A stretch of 63,627 nt of DNA, the filler included, from Sphacelaria rigidula (lineage: Eukaryota), in NCBI GenBank assembly GCA_964200075.2. It is 11 parts of 11 records of this genome, joined end to end, with 100 filler letters (N's around TTAATTAATTAA, not from the genome) between each part and the next. Parts side by side here need not be neighbours in the genome. Positions count along the whole stretch, not along the records: positions 5,795 to 11,488 come from CAXNAA020025196.1; positions 11,589 to 17,282 come from CAXNAA020025197.1; positions 17,383 to 23,076 come from CAXNAA020025198.1; positions 23,177 to 28,869 come from CAXNAA020025199.1; 7 more parts are not named here. One strand, 5' to 3'. Positions within the stretch are counted from its first letter, which is position 1. Each line of letters opens with the position of its first letter. The notes beneath the pieces are model-generated. The model searched no databases and had not been told where the DNA came from. It worked only from the letters and a program-made list of their open reading frames with translations. Below, one piece after another: positions 10,190-24,260 of this stretch. The position numbers and the translations under genes were made by a program.

Positions 10190-13100
10190 GTACCATCATT
10201 ATCACACGTTAGCCAGATCTACCGAACCCGCGGTCACAGACGTAGGCTCGCTTTCCCACTACCGTCGCTACCGAGGCTTCAGTTTCGTATGCGCGCATGA
10301 AGTTTAGCTAAATTTGGGGTTTTGGGGCTTAATAAAAGTTTATTGAAAAGCTTGAAACGAACTTAAACTTTCTGAAAAGCTCACGCGTATGTGCTTGAAA
10401 CGCGAATAAGTTGCGATATATTGTTATGCGCTTCCTGCAGTCGTTGTAGCAGCTACCTGAAAGTGTCCCATATGGCGTGACTCGTCACCAGACAAGCTTC
10501 AATAGTCTAAACTGTCATGGTTGCGGGTCTGACCAAAAAAACTTTTCACTGGCTGTATATTTCATATATAAACGTGAAACTTGTCCAGAGGCTGCAATGC
10601 CCCACTACTGTATCATATATCATGAGTGTACGCAGTGGCATTTGTTGTTTCGATAGGTGATTTGGGGTGGCCTTCAAACTTAATGATCGAAGCAAAGTTA
10701 TATTTTTCAATGGGAAACAAACTAGAAAACTTCGAATTCCCAGATTGTCGTCTTCTCCTCATGCCACGAGTAGAAGGCTCGCCTCGTGAGGGGATACTGC
10801 GACAACGCCACAACGAGGACGCGAAGGGGGTGCATAAAGTACGCATATTTTCGCTGAAAAAAGCTTTAAATGGGGGCAAGGGGGGAAAGTTAGTGAAATA
10901 AAGTAAGATTAATTAATTTTTAAAACGCGCATACGAAGGTGAAGCCTATCGCTATCATACATACCCTTACATGAGGAATAAGCGCTCATTGCGCGACGTC
11001 TTCTGAGACTCTGAAACCGAGAAAAAATGATGAAACAACAGAAGACAACCGTCAACGAAAACAAAAGAGAAAGAAAACCCACCCGAGTTGGTCCAGGTGT
11101 GGTGAAATAAATGAATCACACTTGCCCGAAACGTAAAGTAGTACGTAGCCAAATGGACAACAAGCGTTCATTGGACTTCCGTTTTTCTTACGCTTCTCAG
11201 GCATTTTGTCAAACCGTGTTCTTGTGCGCAAGGGATAAGCGTCTTCCTGCTCACACGGGCTTTGATTTTGTCATGCATGTGCCAAGCGTAGTTTCTCTGT
11301 GCATTCTGCCTTGGCCTTTTGTTTTTGACTTTCCGTTTTTCTTACTCCCTTTTGTTCAATGTTTAGGTCCTCCCGTCTGAAGAGAAATCATCATGCCGAT
11401 TCAACAGAAAACCTATAACAGTGTTTTCGTGAGATTGAGAGTAGATGATACGATTGAGAGTGGCTTTGATCATTCGCTCTAAGTGAGTNNNNNNNNNNNN
11501 NNNNNNNNNNNNNNNNNNNNNNNNNNNNNNNNTTAATTAATTAANNNNNNNNNNNNNNNNNNNNNNNNNNNNNNNNNNNNNNNNNNNNATCTAGAATCGT
11601 TAGCAGCCCCTGAACTGGATATAATTTTGCGAAAAAAGTGCACCCCTACCGTAGCATTGCTCTCCAGACGTAAAAAAAAGGCTGTTTTTTGTGAATTTTT
11701 AATGTGACACGTTACAAATTCGCGAAAACAAGCAGAGTTTTCGTCACATTTGGAAAGTAAAACGCTACGTTAAGTTTCATTCGGAGGACCACGCGTTACG
11801 TCACGTTACTTTACATATGTCCCATCCGGAAAATCAAACCTGATTACGTAGCGTTAAATGACCCGAAGTTACGTTTTTTCGAATGTGTCACGTTAAAGCG
11901 TCACGTGTCACGTATCCCTCCCTGAAAAATACATGTCTGTGAGCCATGTGCTCTTGTAGGTTGCACTACGAGTTTGACTTGCTGCTGCTACATGGTGATG
12001 CATGATGGAAGATTGCATGTATGTGGTGTAACTCTAGCCCTTGGGTTGTGAGGCGAGTGATGAGGTTTGTTTTACCCAAGCACTCCCATGTGCCATGTGT
12101 GAGGAGCATGTCGTTACAGTAGCGTTACCACGATTTGCAGCGGAACGTCCCTTGATAAAATGCTGCGTGTTCAAGGAGCACGTGGATGGTATCTCGTCTA
12201 TGTCTGGGAGGAGCACATGAACGGTGTGCCGCTGTGTCTAAAAGGAGCGGTGCAGGTGAGCTGCAAAGTCCCCTGAGATGGGAACAGAGTTTTGCACTTC
12301 GGCTGATAGGCGGATGTACTGAGTCCAAGTGGCGGTAATATATTTGAATGTTGTCGAAGGTGTGGTCGAAAGATCGAGTTTGAAAACCGTTCAATTACGG
12401 GTGGTCAGGGATGACGGTGGTCGAGGTCCATTGGTCGTTATTGGATTGGAATGCATGTGTCCCATAGCGGTTTCATTCACGGCTTCTCCTTCAATGTTAT
12501 CCGTGGATTGATTGTTGGCGATGTTTTTTTGTAGCTTTTACGAAGGAAACGTGCAAGGTGCATTCGTTTTCAAGGAATCGAATGGCCAAGAGGCCAGACG
12601 CGTTGGGGACGAGTTCGATATCTATTTTATTTTAGTTTGAAAGACGTGTTGGTTGGCTCTTGTACTCCATGGTGCAGAAGTTGAGCGTACGAACATGATT
12701 ATTTTGCATGTTGCAGATGTCTCTTGTCTCGATTGAGAGGGGGGAATATTCACGAATGCTCATATCTTCGACTTTCGTTGATGTTTGAGGGGGTTTTTGT
12801 TGGTTCAGAGTCAAGACGCTTGTTGTGGGCATATTTGGGAAATTGGCTCGACGTATTGGGCTGTAACTAGGAGTGGTGCAAGTGTTGTACCATCGCATGA
12901 ATGTTCATGGTGGACGCTGTGAATCTCTTGCGAGTTACTCGGAAATTGGGCGGAGCCTATACGGAGCTGCCCTCATATACAGCGGCAGAAATTGCACAGT
13001 CAACGTGGAAAATTATGGTAGTACTACGCAACAATGATGACTGAGTCGATCATGCTCAAGTTTGGCTACTTAGATATAACCTGCAGTCGGGACAGGGTGT

Positions 13101-14039
13101 AGTATTAGACCTGTTTACAGCTGATGGATGGCAGGCAGGTCTGCGGGTCTGATCGATGAATTCTGTAGGTGCTTCATCATGATGATTTGGAGACACTGCT
13201 CACCCGGTGCGAGGAGGACCGGATAGGCTTGCTTGTCTCCGGTATAATGAACAGCTAGGAATCATTGCAGTTGCTCAAATCTACGAGCCCATGATGGATC
13301 AACCCCTCGTAGCTAACTGGTGTTGACTGGCGTTGAGTGACCTAATTTTACAGCTCTGATTCGAAGGCGGGATAATTGAAGTGAAGAATTACAAAACAGC
13401 TGCTGTTTGTCGAGAGAGGGATGCTATGTTATGCTACAATGAAGGGATGAGAGACATGACAGATAATCAAATGCTCGGAGATGTAATCTAGATTTTGCAT
13501 TATGTGACAGAGATGGACAAGTGTTGCATCGGCGTAGATCTCGCATGAGTGTCTAGTATTGGATCGAGTCTTCGCCACTACACAGCGGTATGTCAGAGAT
13601 TGTATTCGTTGCTGTTGTTGATTCTTCGGCTGTTGACATACCGCTGCCTGCTACGCTTTGCAGTACTGTCCTCGTTGCGTTTCACCATTCCACCAGTACC
13701 AAGGCCAAGGGGGTGCATCGGTTTCGTATTACTGTTTATACGGCTGACGTATCACTGAAACGTTGCTTGAACGCCGAAGTGGACTTCATCGTTGCCGCTT
13801 TTGATTCTCTTGCGAGACGTTTTGCTTTTTTTTTCATTATAAATTCTCCCGGGACTTATACCTCAACAGCAACACATACTGGGAATTCGCGTGCATATGC
13901 TGCCGTGATGTAAACGTGACTCGAATACGTTCGTATGATCATGACTACAGAGGATAACCTTCGACGAGATATATTCCTCCAAGTCCAAATCTTGGACACT
14001 GCAACTGTTGGTACGGCACTGCTCAGCTGTTCTTCTCAC

Positions 14040-14482
14040 CTCTTCCGTGGAGCCCGCCACTCCTGCCCCCCCTCCACCACCACCCTTGCCCCCCTTCTCC
14101 GCTGCCGCCGCTCCGCCGCCACCACCCCTCTCATTCCTCACAGGTCTAGCCCTACCAACAAGCGAAAGCTTATGCCGCTCTTCTGTTCGGGGCGGTGGAC
14201 TGGGCAAGCTAGGAAACGCCTCGGATGATGAGCCGCCGGTAGTCGCACCGCCCCCCCACCCACCACCACCCCCACGAGCGGACAAAGCAGCACTAGCCCC
14301 GCCGCTTCCAGTTGTGTCGCCTCGAGAAGGTCCGCCGCATGCACCAGAGGGAACAAAGGGTTCGGAAGTGGCCGACAACCCCGATACGGGGACGCCGGGG
14401 TTTCGTCCCCGGTTTGCAGGCACTGGTACCACGATGCCTCCGGCAAGATCGTGGTCTGGGTCAGGTGCGGCCATGGACTCAC
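14040..14482 (-). CDS. Internal Gly/Pro/Ser-rich exon of an unidentified protein (PAM2-like motif)
   Basis: GC-rich open frame within ORF 13863-14555, with acceptor GAAGCAG| at 14483 and donor GAG|GTGAGA at 14040. Contains LSATSEPFVPS (PAM2-like) and EAFPSL. Confidence 0.6.
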
Positions 14483-14560
14483 CTGCTTCGATGGGACGGA
14501 AAATGATGAACTTCATAGCGTGGGCTAAAACAGTGAATACGCTAAGCAAACTCAAGTGTT

Positions 14561-14670
14561 TTGGAACTCATTGACGATTTTCGTCTTTGTGAATTGGCAT
14601 AATTTTGACTCGAAAATGACTGAAAATGATGCCAATTTACAGAAACAAAAATCGTCAATGAGTTCCTAAA
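14561..14670. repeat. ~110-bp palindromic (hairpin) element
   Basis: GGAACTCATTGACGATTTT...AATTGGCAT pairs with ATGCCAATT...AAAATCGTCAATGAGTTCC. Confidence 0.75.
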
Positions 14671-16593
14671 CGGTCAAGTCCGTGCGGTCAGTTAATGCGC
14701 GGCCAGGTGATATTCGATAGGGTACAAATAATTACTCATGTTTCGTTTTTGTTTACTGGGGAGGAAGTCATCCTGTATGACCCAACTGAGGCTCATACGA
14801 TCATTTTTGTGCGACTTAGTGTTCATAAACGCATTCTCCTGCGGTAAAATATCCGCAGACTATTTGCAATGAAATAATTGATGAAGCACCACTACTAGCA
14901 CGAGTGCTGGTGACTTTGGCAAAACTCATTTCCCAGCACTTCTACTCCACTCCAGCAACGCGAACATCTGATAAAACCATGACCCCCAGCCGTCGCAGTT
15001 GCGAGTGTAGCTCGTGTAAGACGTCACCCAATAGGTGCGCCACCGGGTCATCTTCTACGCGCCATTCTCGACACTGAAGAAACCACTCGAGTGTAAATTT
15101 AACACATGGTTTGCTGGATGCTGCAGATTGCATAGACAGCTGTGGTGAAAAGTTGTGTGAAATGAAATGAACCACACCCTGAACAATTGCGTATAGAGTT
15201 GAATATTGCGTCTATTGCAAAAGACAAGAGATCCCATACTGTACGCAGTACTCTATTTGACAACGTTATCTACTGTCCAGGGTATGGAATAGAACATACA
15301 CCAGACACATACACCAGACACCTGTTGTATTGGATGGGCTGCTGCGCTCGTCGTCAGCACCGTCGGTCAGGCCTGAGCCATCACGGCCAGCACGACGGAT
15401 GTTGAAGCCGACGGTCGCTCGCCGGTCGGTAATCCTGTGATCTGCCAGCAGGTGATTCTACCGCGGAATACGGAGGGGAATACGAGAAAAAGAAACTTCA
15501 CATGAAAAAGCAATAAATATGAATAAAGTGACACGAACTGAGGCATGTTGGTGGGCCAGTGTAATGCTGCCTCGTGCATTTGTCATCAATAAACAACTGG
15601 CTGGTCCTGTTCAAACATGACAACAAAACTCTTGGACTTTGGAAAAATGACAACGAAACCCTTCGGTTTTAGAAAAAGACTCGAAAAAAAAAGGGGGGGG
15701 GGGCGGTCCATCGTTGCGGATGCCCATGTTCCTTCCGCCAGTACAACGCCAACTTCACCACCCTAATTTCGCTTCGTGTCGTCCCTTCATGACTGCATGA
15801 CTCGCAGCTACTCGTGCCAAACCCGGACGCCACACACCAGTACACGGGGATACGGGGCTCCTGGATAATCCACTGGATGCACCGCGCGCGGCGGGACCCA
15901 ACAATAGGAGGGAATCGCCCCTGCTGATCCTCATTAATCACGATTACCAGTAGTCGGTGGTAGTGTTGACGGTCCTGGTGGGATGGTGATGCAGTTGTCT
16001 AACAAAGTATATACTCGTACTGTGGTGTGCTACTCTACTGCCCTTACTCATACTATACTGCAAAGCCGCGCGAATGTCTGGTAGTTGCGGCTGTCAATAC
16101 TCCTCTGTGCTGTTGAACACCAGTGTGTCTGTGTCGTTGATCTTGCATATACGCATGAAGCGTGTTTCTTCACGGAGTGGTTCAACAGACAGATTCCTCG
16201 CTGCAGAAAAAATATAGTAGAGATCATTTCGGATCATTTTCTTCCGTCAATGTGCGGTTTGTCCCCCGGCTGTGCAAAACTACTCCCGTGCATTCCACAG
16301 GACGTCGACCCGATTTGTGTCTTTGCAGGATTTGACCATGCACGATATTTTGCAGGTTACAATTTCACCAAAATATCATTATATGTGTTGCACTTTGAGC
16401 CCCATTGCCTTTCTCGGGACGAGCCCGTGATCTCAAGGGATCAACCCATCTCTCCCCAGTACCATATTTGCTCCATCTAAAAAGGGGTGCGTGGTCGATG
16501 GTCAAACGACGAAGGCAAGCAACAAATTAGTACGCCCCCCACCCCCGGTACCATGTTTGAGAATTCCAGGTGTTTTCTCTTCGCACAGCACCA

Positions 16594-16935
16594 GGCCGGT
16601 CGCCCCGATGGCTCAGTTGGTAACCTCGATAACCTTCCTATGGTTGAGTCGTGGGTTTGAATCTTTGAGCGATCTGGGATTTTCCTCACACATTGCCCGA
16701 AAGTGGACTTGATGGTCGACGAGCAAAAGGGACTGCTGGACCCCTCTCACGATGAAAGAGAAGGGCAAGCACCGCAGAAGGAAAGTGGAGTACCAGAACA
16801 AACAAAAAAAGAAAACAAACGTCTAGTGTGTTGGTCTTCCTCCTGTCTGACCCCGGCTGGTGCGCCCACACATACCGAAAAGTGTAGACCGGCGTCCAGG
16901 ATAGAAGGGATGACAACACCACACGACACACACAG
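16594..16935 (+). mobile_element. tRNA-derived SINE
   Basis: Head GGCCGGTCGCCCCGATGGCTCAGTTGG (A box) and GGGTTTGAATC (B-box-like), a body, and a CAACAC-type tail. The 3' body recurs at ~9285-9380. Confidence 0.75.
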
Positions 16936-17817
16936 GACTGATCCCACGATGGGGAGTGGGGTGGAGGTGTTTTGAGCCCATCCCCACACGGAGGAGCCAC
17001 TTTCTCACGTAGCTGCGAGCAAAAAATATCCCTGCAAATGCTTTGTTTTCAGTATCAAGCTCTTTTTCAAACCACTTGACACCGCTCCCACTCCTGTAAA
17101 CGTCCAGTACAAACATGTGAGGTCGTGCAACACACTCGTGGCCCCCTTTTTTCGTGCAACCAAACACCTCTTCCGCCCCCCCCCCCCATTTAGACGTCAG
17201 ACACGGGATGTTTTCCTGCATACCCTGAAGAGCGTCTGCAGGCAATGTGTGTAACCCAAATCCCCAACGTACGGTAACCCCANNNNNNNNNNNNNNNNNN
17301 NNNNNNNNNNNNNNNNNNNNNNNNNNTTAATTAATTAANNNNNNNNNNNNNNNNNNNNNNNNNNNNNNNNNNNNNNNNNNNNCCCCTTTGCTGCATTGTA
17401 GCCCCCCCACAGGTTTTGGTGCCGTGTTTCTTTGTGCTGAGTTCGCCTTCTTGGTGACTGTTTCTAGTACCCGTAGTCACCTTTCTTGTCGCTGTCGCAT
17501 CTTTGTCCGTGTCCCCTGAGCATCTAGTGTTTTTCTTCTTCTTGTCTTCGAGGTTTCTTTACGCGATGAGAGGACTGTAGATTTATTTAGTCCAGCCTCC
17601 CCGCATGTTTGGAACTTTGATGACTAGTTCTCTGGGTGTGTTTGTTGTTGTCACTGCTCAACCCCCTGCTGTCAGCCAAGAGAGCTCGCCGCACGGGAGT
17701 ATTCCCTTACATTGTCTTGTTGAACGGGTCCTTGGTTACACCGTGTACTGTCAATGATACCGCCTTTGTTGTAGGCCGTATTTATGCCCGACGACTGTTT
17801 CAGGTTGAAGTGAGCTA

Positions 17818-17927
17818 CACGGGTGGCCACTGGGGTGCCTGCAACCTCAAATTTGGACGTTACAGACGTTGCACAAGGTCTGTAACGTCCAAATTTGAGG
17901 TTGCAGACACCCCAGTGGCCACCCGTG
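17818..17927. mobile_element. 110-bp near-perfect hairpin MITE with TA TSD (Tc1/mariner-type)
   Basis: TA|CACGGGTGGCCACTGGGGTGCCTGCAACCTCAAATTTGGACGTTACAGAC...GTCTGTAACGTCCAAATTTGAGGTTGCAGACACCCCAGTGGCCACCCGTG|TA. Arms are ~50 bp with one mismatch. Confidence 0.88.
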
Positions 17928-18979
17928 TACTGCATTTCTACAATTCATCTGGATGGTTTCGTTTGTTTGTTCTACCCCTATCCCGTGGCGCAGCCTGGTC
18001 AGCTGGCGACACGGGTGTGTTCTCTTGTGCCGTTCCATTGCTCGTGGTCCAGTGTTCCCCTGGGAATGATCGCTCATACCGCCCTCGTTGTAGGCCGTAT
18101 TTTCGCCGGACGATTGCTTTGAGTTGGGTATTGCGTCCTGACGAATTGTTTTTTTTAAATTGACATCAAGTTTTGCTCATGACACGCGATAGTTGATCCG
18201 CCGCGCTCAACGAAAGTTCTGACCAACGACCTTTGGCTTTTTACCCTGAGTGTCGTCTTGGATGGGCTGGTGCCCACCCCCGCAGGATTTTGACTCCGCA
18301 CTTCGGGCACACCAACCGTGAACTTCACGCTGCACGCCTTCTGCAAGGCAGATTTGATACTTCAAACGCCCTGCCACGGAAACGAGCGGGGTGCCACTCT
18401 CGCTATACGCGACGGATGTGTCGGGACGGAGTCGAACAAAGCCGTGGAGGTCACTTGGATCTGCGTCCGACCAGAGCAGTTGCCGCGATGCTATGCCGCA
18501 ACTGCGTTTTCCCTCCCCTCTTCCCGGGTTGTTGGTATTCCATCCATGTTCCGTTTGTAGATGAAGTCCACGCGTGCGTACCATTTAGTGCTTTACTTTG
18601 TAGATGGACTTGCATGTGTGTCGTCTTGTTCAACATAGATGTGTGAGTGACACGTATATACAACGTATTCCTTTTTGTGGGTTGAACGTTTGATGCTGTG
18701 ACGGATCGCAGCGATGCTCGCCTCTTGAAGGTGTGGGAGAGTGATCACTTTTCTTCGCTTCATTCTTTTGTACGAGTGTAGTGTAGAAGTGCCCTTTCTC
18801 GTTGAATTATGACATTCCTCGGCGCAACTACATTGTGCCGAGGTGATGTAATCCAACTGCATTAGGCCTCGTCGAGGATGGGCTAGTGTGATGAAGCTCA
18901 GAGGCGTTGCAAGATGTACGCTGTGCGGGTCTGCTCGTAGAGCCTGGATTCCGTGATGCGTTGTTATCGCGTTTGCTCC

Positions 18980-19332
18980 TGTCATAAGTTAGGGTTGTTC
19001 AGCCCCAGCCCCAGGCCGTGGCGCCCCATCTCAGTCAGTTACTGCCCTTGCCGTGGTCTACCCTGGGCCATCACTACGCTCTGCTCCTATGGCTGCCCTG
19101 CGGCTGTACTGAGTAAGAGAGCTGCTTGTAGATAAAACATGAAGCTATGAAACACGTGAGTTCTTAATCAACAGTCTAACATGAGTGAAACTACTTGTGA
19201 TTGTTCTTGATGGATAGCTAGGTCTGTATGAAGTTGCCCACGTGGGAGCTTGGTGGGTTGGCACCATGGTATCTCCTGGCACTCATACTGAGAGACCCCG
19301 GCCAGTACATTAGCTACTCCCTCTTTATGACA
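18980..19332. mobile_element. Putative isolated LTR (353 bp)
   Basis: Begins TGTCATAA and ends TTATGACA (8-bp inverted termini, TG...CA). Flanks GCTCC/CATGT do not form a TSD. Confidence 0.5.
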
Positions 19333-19399
19333 CATGTCTAGTAATTCCTATACTTGACGGCGATAGCATCCGTACTAAAGTCTATATAAAACCCCCGAT

Positions 19400-20650
19400 C
19401 TATACATTCAGCAGGTGACGACGATTTTTGGTGTGCATATTCCCTGGAGCACTAGGGGATGATAGATACCCTCACTTCTACCTAATTCGTCATGTATCTC
19501 GAGATTCGGGGCACATATTTTTTGATACTATAATCAATATGTTGCGAGCAGCGGCACCAGATGAACTAAATTTGGATATCGCGTCTCAGTTCTTGAGAGT
19601 TATGCTATGAAATTTCGTAAGGAGAATTAATGATGCATCATGAAGAATAAAAAACAGCTTCATCAATTTTTTTCGGTTTCATTTTTTTCGTTTTTTGGGC
19701 AGTGTTGAGGAGAAATGAACAGTGATCTTGGGCCTCATCCTGTTTTTTCAGCTGAATTTTAGAAATGTGATTCAAAACTCAGATTGAATAACCACAGAGA
19801 TATGCTGAATAAAAGAAAACGACGCCCTCATTTTGTTTAGGGAAAGATTCGGGCGTTCTCGTAAAAAAAAGTTGTTTCCATACTAAAATGCCCTAAACCA
19901 GTGAAAAAATGAAAGCAAAACCAACCTGGCCCACTCTGTTTTGCTAATTTTGCGCTCCAGAGGGCCCACGCAAATTTCGGTACACAAGCACCAGACTTGG
20001 GTCGGTGAGTGACCTACAAAATACTGTTCCGAATGTCTTCCGACCTTGTCACTAAACGGCCCATTCACCGGCCAATATCTAGAGTTGGACCCTGAAATTT
20101 GGTATAGACATTGCATAGGGCATAATAAAAACAAATATCAGTGCACACCCATTTTGTTTTCGTTTGTCCATGAGTGAAGGGCAATAATCATTTTTCAGAT
20201 ATCAGTACAACACCCTTAACTCATGAAAAAAAAACTTGTGTGCACCGGTATTTGTTTGTATTATGCCCTATTCATTGTTCATACCAAATTGAAGGGTACA
20301 ACTCTAAATATTGGCCGGCGAATGGGCCTGCAAACTGCAAATTCGCTTCTCGGCTGGCCCAGCTCGTATAGGCATCAAATGTCATGAGCCCCATACGAAG
20401 AAATATTTTAGAACCTGCAGGAAAAACGAACAAGAACAATATGCGACGAAACCTTCGTCGAAGGGTCTGTGGACCGTACAGTTACACGTGGCATTAGATG
20501 CCTTATGTGCTCTGTAAAATCAACGAATAGAAAATCGTTCCCGCGAAATATCCACTCGCAAATTGCTACTTAACACGAAAGTTGAACAACAGAGGTCAAT
20601 ACTACATGCGCCCTTTTTTTTTTTAAGCATGTCCCCTGAAATTTGTATAG
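19400..20650. mobile_element. Degenerate AT-rich foldback non-autonomous DNA element
   Basis: Inverted arms around ~20190 (GGCCAATATCTAGAGTTGGACCCTGAAATTTGGTAT...GCATAATAAAAACAAATATCAGTGCACAC versus its reverse complement at ~20235-20330). 19540-19800 is similar to 29435-29670. Boundaries approximate. Confidence 0.6.
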
Positions 20651-20950
20651 CATATCACACACATCCCTTCCATGAAAACCCAGGCAAAAAGAAATCATGT
20701 AGATCTACATATTACACGCAACACATGTAGTTTACTGCACTTATACAAAAATTATATGCACAGGCATTTTTTTCCCTGTTTACCCATAATCAATCATGCT
20801 CAGCAATATTTATGCAAAATAGCAAGCCTAAAAAAACATAATACACACGTTACTGAAGTTTCTTTGTTGTATTACCTTTTTCTGCCCCAACGCTTATGAG
20901 CAGGACTGTGGCAGCTAGTTGATCCTCGACTTCAAAGCTTATGGGCGTAG

Positions 20951-22207
20951 TTGATTGATTGATTGATTGATTTTCGTACTTTAACTGACCCCGCAGGGTT
21001 CCAGCCGTGGTCTCCTGATAGACGTACCCAAGAAAAACAAAACTAAAACACTCGCTGAAGAACAGAAGGAACCGAGATAAAAAAAAGCAAACAGAACGAC
21101 ATAGTAGACAAAGATGTGAAAAAAATAAATGATGAGGAAAAAAGTCAACAAAAGCAACACACACAGAAAGAAATGGCCGACCTAAATTAAAAAAAGAGGA
21201 GAAGAAGAGGACAGTACAGAGCGAATAAAATAAAATACATAATATGATGAAAAAAATGGGAAAAGTCCAAGGGATTCAACGCAGCAGAGCGGATACAGAT
21301 ACACACCGGTAGGCACCGCAGAGCCACTGACTAAGGACATAATCAACAACCGATATGGGCAGACAGGATTCTTCGATTGGCAGCCCTCGACGCAGCAGCC
21401 TCTCGGTTGTGACGGCGGTCTAATTCTCGCTTGTCCGCGCGTCGCCACGAGTCCTCAAACTCTCTCGCTCCCATTTTTCCAATATGCCATTTGCCCATGT
21501 TCTTCGCCGCAGTGACCCAATCGTAGGCATCGTTAGCCTCTACACCGTAGACGAACCACTTTCCTTCGGGCTCCTTTGTGGGGGACAGCCCCTAGCGTAC
21601 GTATGTTCTCCTGTACGGTATTCTCCCATTGCTTGGGGGGGCGGCCGACCTCCTTGGGCCCTCGTGTGGAAAGCCGGTCGTTCATGACACGCTTGGGAAG
21701 GCGTGTGTCCTTCTGCTGGACAAGGGCTCCCGCGAACCAGAGTTTACGTTTGCGGATAGTCGTCTCGATACGTTCGCAGTTGGTCATCTCGAGCACCGCT
21801 CTCTACGAAAGAGTCTTGTAGCCATTTCGATCGCTCCTGCGGAATCCAACCACTCGCAGCAAGAGCTTATGATGGGCAGGGCACAGACTGCCGAAGTCCT
21901 CAGAACGCAGCGTCCATGTAGCACACCCATACAACAGAGCTTCCACCACCTCTGCTTTAAGCAGTCGAACTTTCAAGGAAAGCTCGGCGTTGGATCGGTC
22001 GTAGAGTTGGGAGCTATATTTTCGGATACGCGCCCACGCTGCGCTGATACGGCGGTTGATTTCGATGGGCAATTTCGCATCCACGCTGATAGCTCCGCCA
22101 AGGTAGATGAACTTCCCCGTCTGCTTATACCGTTGGCCGGCAGCTTTGATATCCAGGGTGGCCTCCGTGGAACTGGGTACAGAATTATTCCGATGTGAGG
22201 AAGTCAT
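20951..22207 (-). mobile_element. 5'-truncated RTE-clade LINE (RT C-terminus, 3'UTR, (CAAT)n tail)
   Basis: ORF 21803-22207 (FIYLGGAIS...EINRRISAAWA...KVRLLKAEVVEALLYGCATW) and ORF 21533-21796 (IRKRKLWFAGALVQQKDTRLPKRVM...GRPPKQW) are typical of the RTE RT C-terminus. Frameshifted. Tail at 20951-20970. Confidence 0.9.
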
Positions 22208-24104
22208 GCATTACAAGCTGGGACGAGAGTGCTCTAAGATCAAGCACTTGTCGTTGCATTTGAGACCCACGTCATCAAGCTCCGACAGCAAAGGTCCTGT
22301 GGCTCTCACGCAACGCAGTCGGTAGTACGGCAGGCAAACTGGACCATAGCTACCTTTCGTTGCTCTACTGTACTTACTCCCGACCGAAGTTCGCAACAGG
22401 TATAACAGCTCAATAGTTTGATTTTTCTAAACTACATCCACCTAATTTGCACGATTCTCAAGACCTGAGGGAAGGTAGCCGCTTCGGGTCCGCTTAAACA
22501 TGCGAAGATACCGTCGAACAGCAATACCAAGCTTTTCCGGTATTTTCATCAGGCAGTCCGTGGAGAACGGAACAGAAATCGAGAAGTTACCGTCCGTATT
22601 GGAAACCAATGCGCATGAAACGCTTTGCAGGTTGGAAAACACGTATTTTCATGGAGAAGGAACTCCCCGTACCCCCATTAGTGTTGTATGCGCTTGTAAA
22701 AGCTCTTCCGTCGTTCACTATTACCTAGCAGGGGGACAGGGAAACCGTCCTGCATGGACGGACTCCTATGCGCCACGCTAGTAACAGTTAGGTCACCACC
22801 ACAGGTATTTCTTTTTCACTCCGCATGTCAAGGTCTCTACAAGTGTTTGATCTCTCACACACACCCCTCAACTGGCGTGTGGCACGCTGTTCTGATCGGG
22901 CACCCAGAGTTTCAGATGTGGGTAGAATCAACGATGAGCAACACCCCCCAAGTTCAAATTGAATCTATTTGTTATCGCCGCACCACCGCCCTTGCTGGCA
23001 TGTTTGTGACAGAGAACAGTAGCGGCGGTGACGGGAACATTGCCCTGTTTTTCAACGACATGTTTTTCAGCGCACANNNNNNNNNNNNNNNNNNNNNNNN
23101 NNNNNNNNNNNNNNNNNNNNTTAATTAATTAANNNNNNNNNNNNNNNNNNNNNNNNNNNNNNNNNNNNNNNNNNNNTCTCATTTCAAAATACGTTCTCAT
23201 TTTTCTGGCAACCCTGTTTTGTATGTAATATATCTATATTTTTAAATATTCATCAAGGAGCAGTATATACTATATCTTATATTTAATATAAAAATATATG
23301 TCCAAAAATATACGATCCTCACATCATATATTATATAAATATGTAAAGGAGCAGAAGCAAGCATACACCCCGCCAAGGCCACCAAACTTTGCGGATCTTG
23401 TCAATGTTTATTGATCTAGTTCTTGCAACAAAGTTCACAGAAAAAAATCAGGATAGTTTTGATTGTCGAAAAAACGCCCCTTGGCGTCTGTGGTCATCGG
23501 GACAGGACGGGCAAGGAGCAGAGGCAGATATGCGAACCCCACATAGCCCATCAGACTTTTCGGTTTTTGCCAGCGTTCATTGATCAATTGCATGCGATAA
23601 AATCAACAAAAATAATCAAAACAGTGTTTATTGATCGATTTCTTGCGAAAATGTTGACAAAAAAAATCGAAAAAATCATGACGACTTTCGAAAAAATGCC
23701 CTCCGGGGTGGGGGGCTACTTGTCCCGAATTGTTTTTCAGCTGCCCCTTGGTTTGCGTTTCATATGACGACGTACTTTGGTGCTTTCAAAAATGTGTTGG
23801 TCGTACCGGCGGGTTTGCTCAAGCGTGGTCCGGAACTGGTTCTAGTTCGGGGGTACGTTCAGGGAATCTGCCCGTGGGGTAGAAATACGCCGGCCGATGT
23901 ACCCACTCAACACACCGAGCCCTCTCCCAAATCCAATACTGGGATCGCCCATCCGTCGCCCCCTCCCGCTGCTGATGTTCTCATCTCGCAGCCGCCACGT
24001 TACTTCTGTTCTTATCTGTAGCATCAGTGGTGCACCCTCAAGTGTGTGTTCTTGTTCTTATCTGTAGCATCAGTTGTGCACCCTCAAGGGTGTGTTCTTG
24101 TTCT

Positions 24105-24260
24105 TAACCCTTAGACGGCGAGCATCGCCTCGGAACAGTTGTACAGGCCGACAGTCCCGAGACATTCGGGGGTTTCCAGAGCTCGGGGGGGGTGGTTTTT
24201 GAGGGGGGGGGGGGTGTCTCTCCGCGGAGCAGCAGAGCAGCTCACGCACTCAACCATGTG
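24105..24260 (+). mobile_element. piggyBac-like transposon terminus (TTAA-CCC...)
   Basis: TTAACCCTTAGACGGCGAGCATCGCCTCGGAACAG...; a reverse-complement homologue lies at ~43430-43578 in another contig. Confidence 0.6.

Noticed and set aside
11930..13760. Decayed LINE coding region on the minus strand
   Set aside because: Composition is suggestive, but I could not recover any diagnostic RT, endonuclease or RNase H motif.
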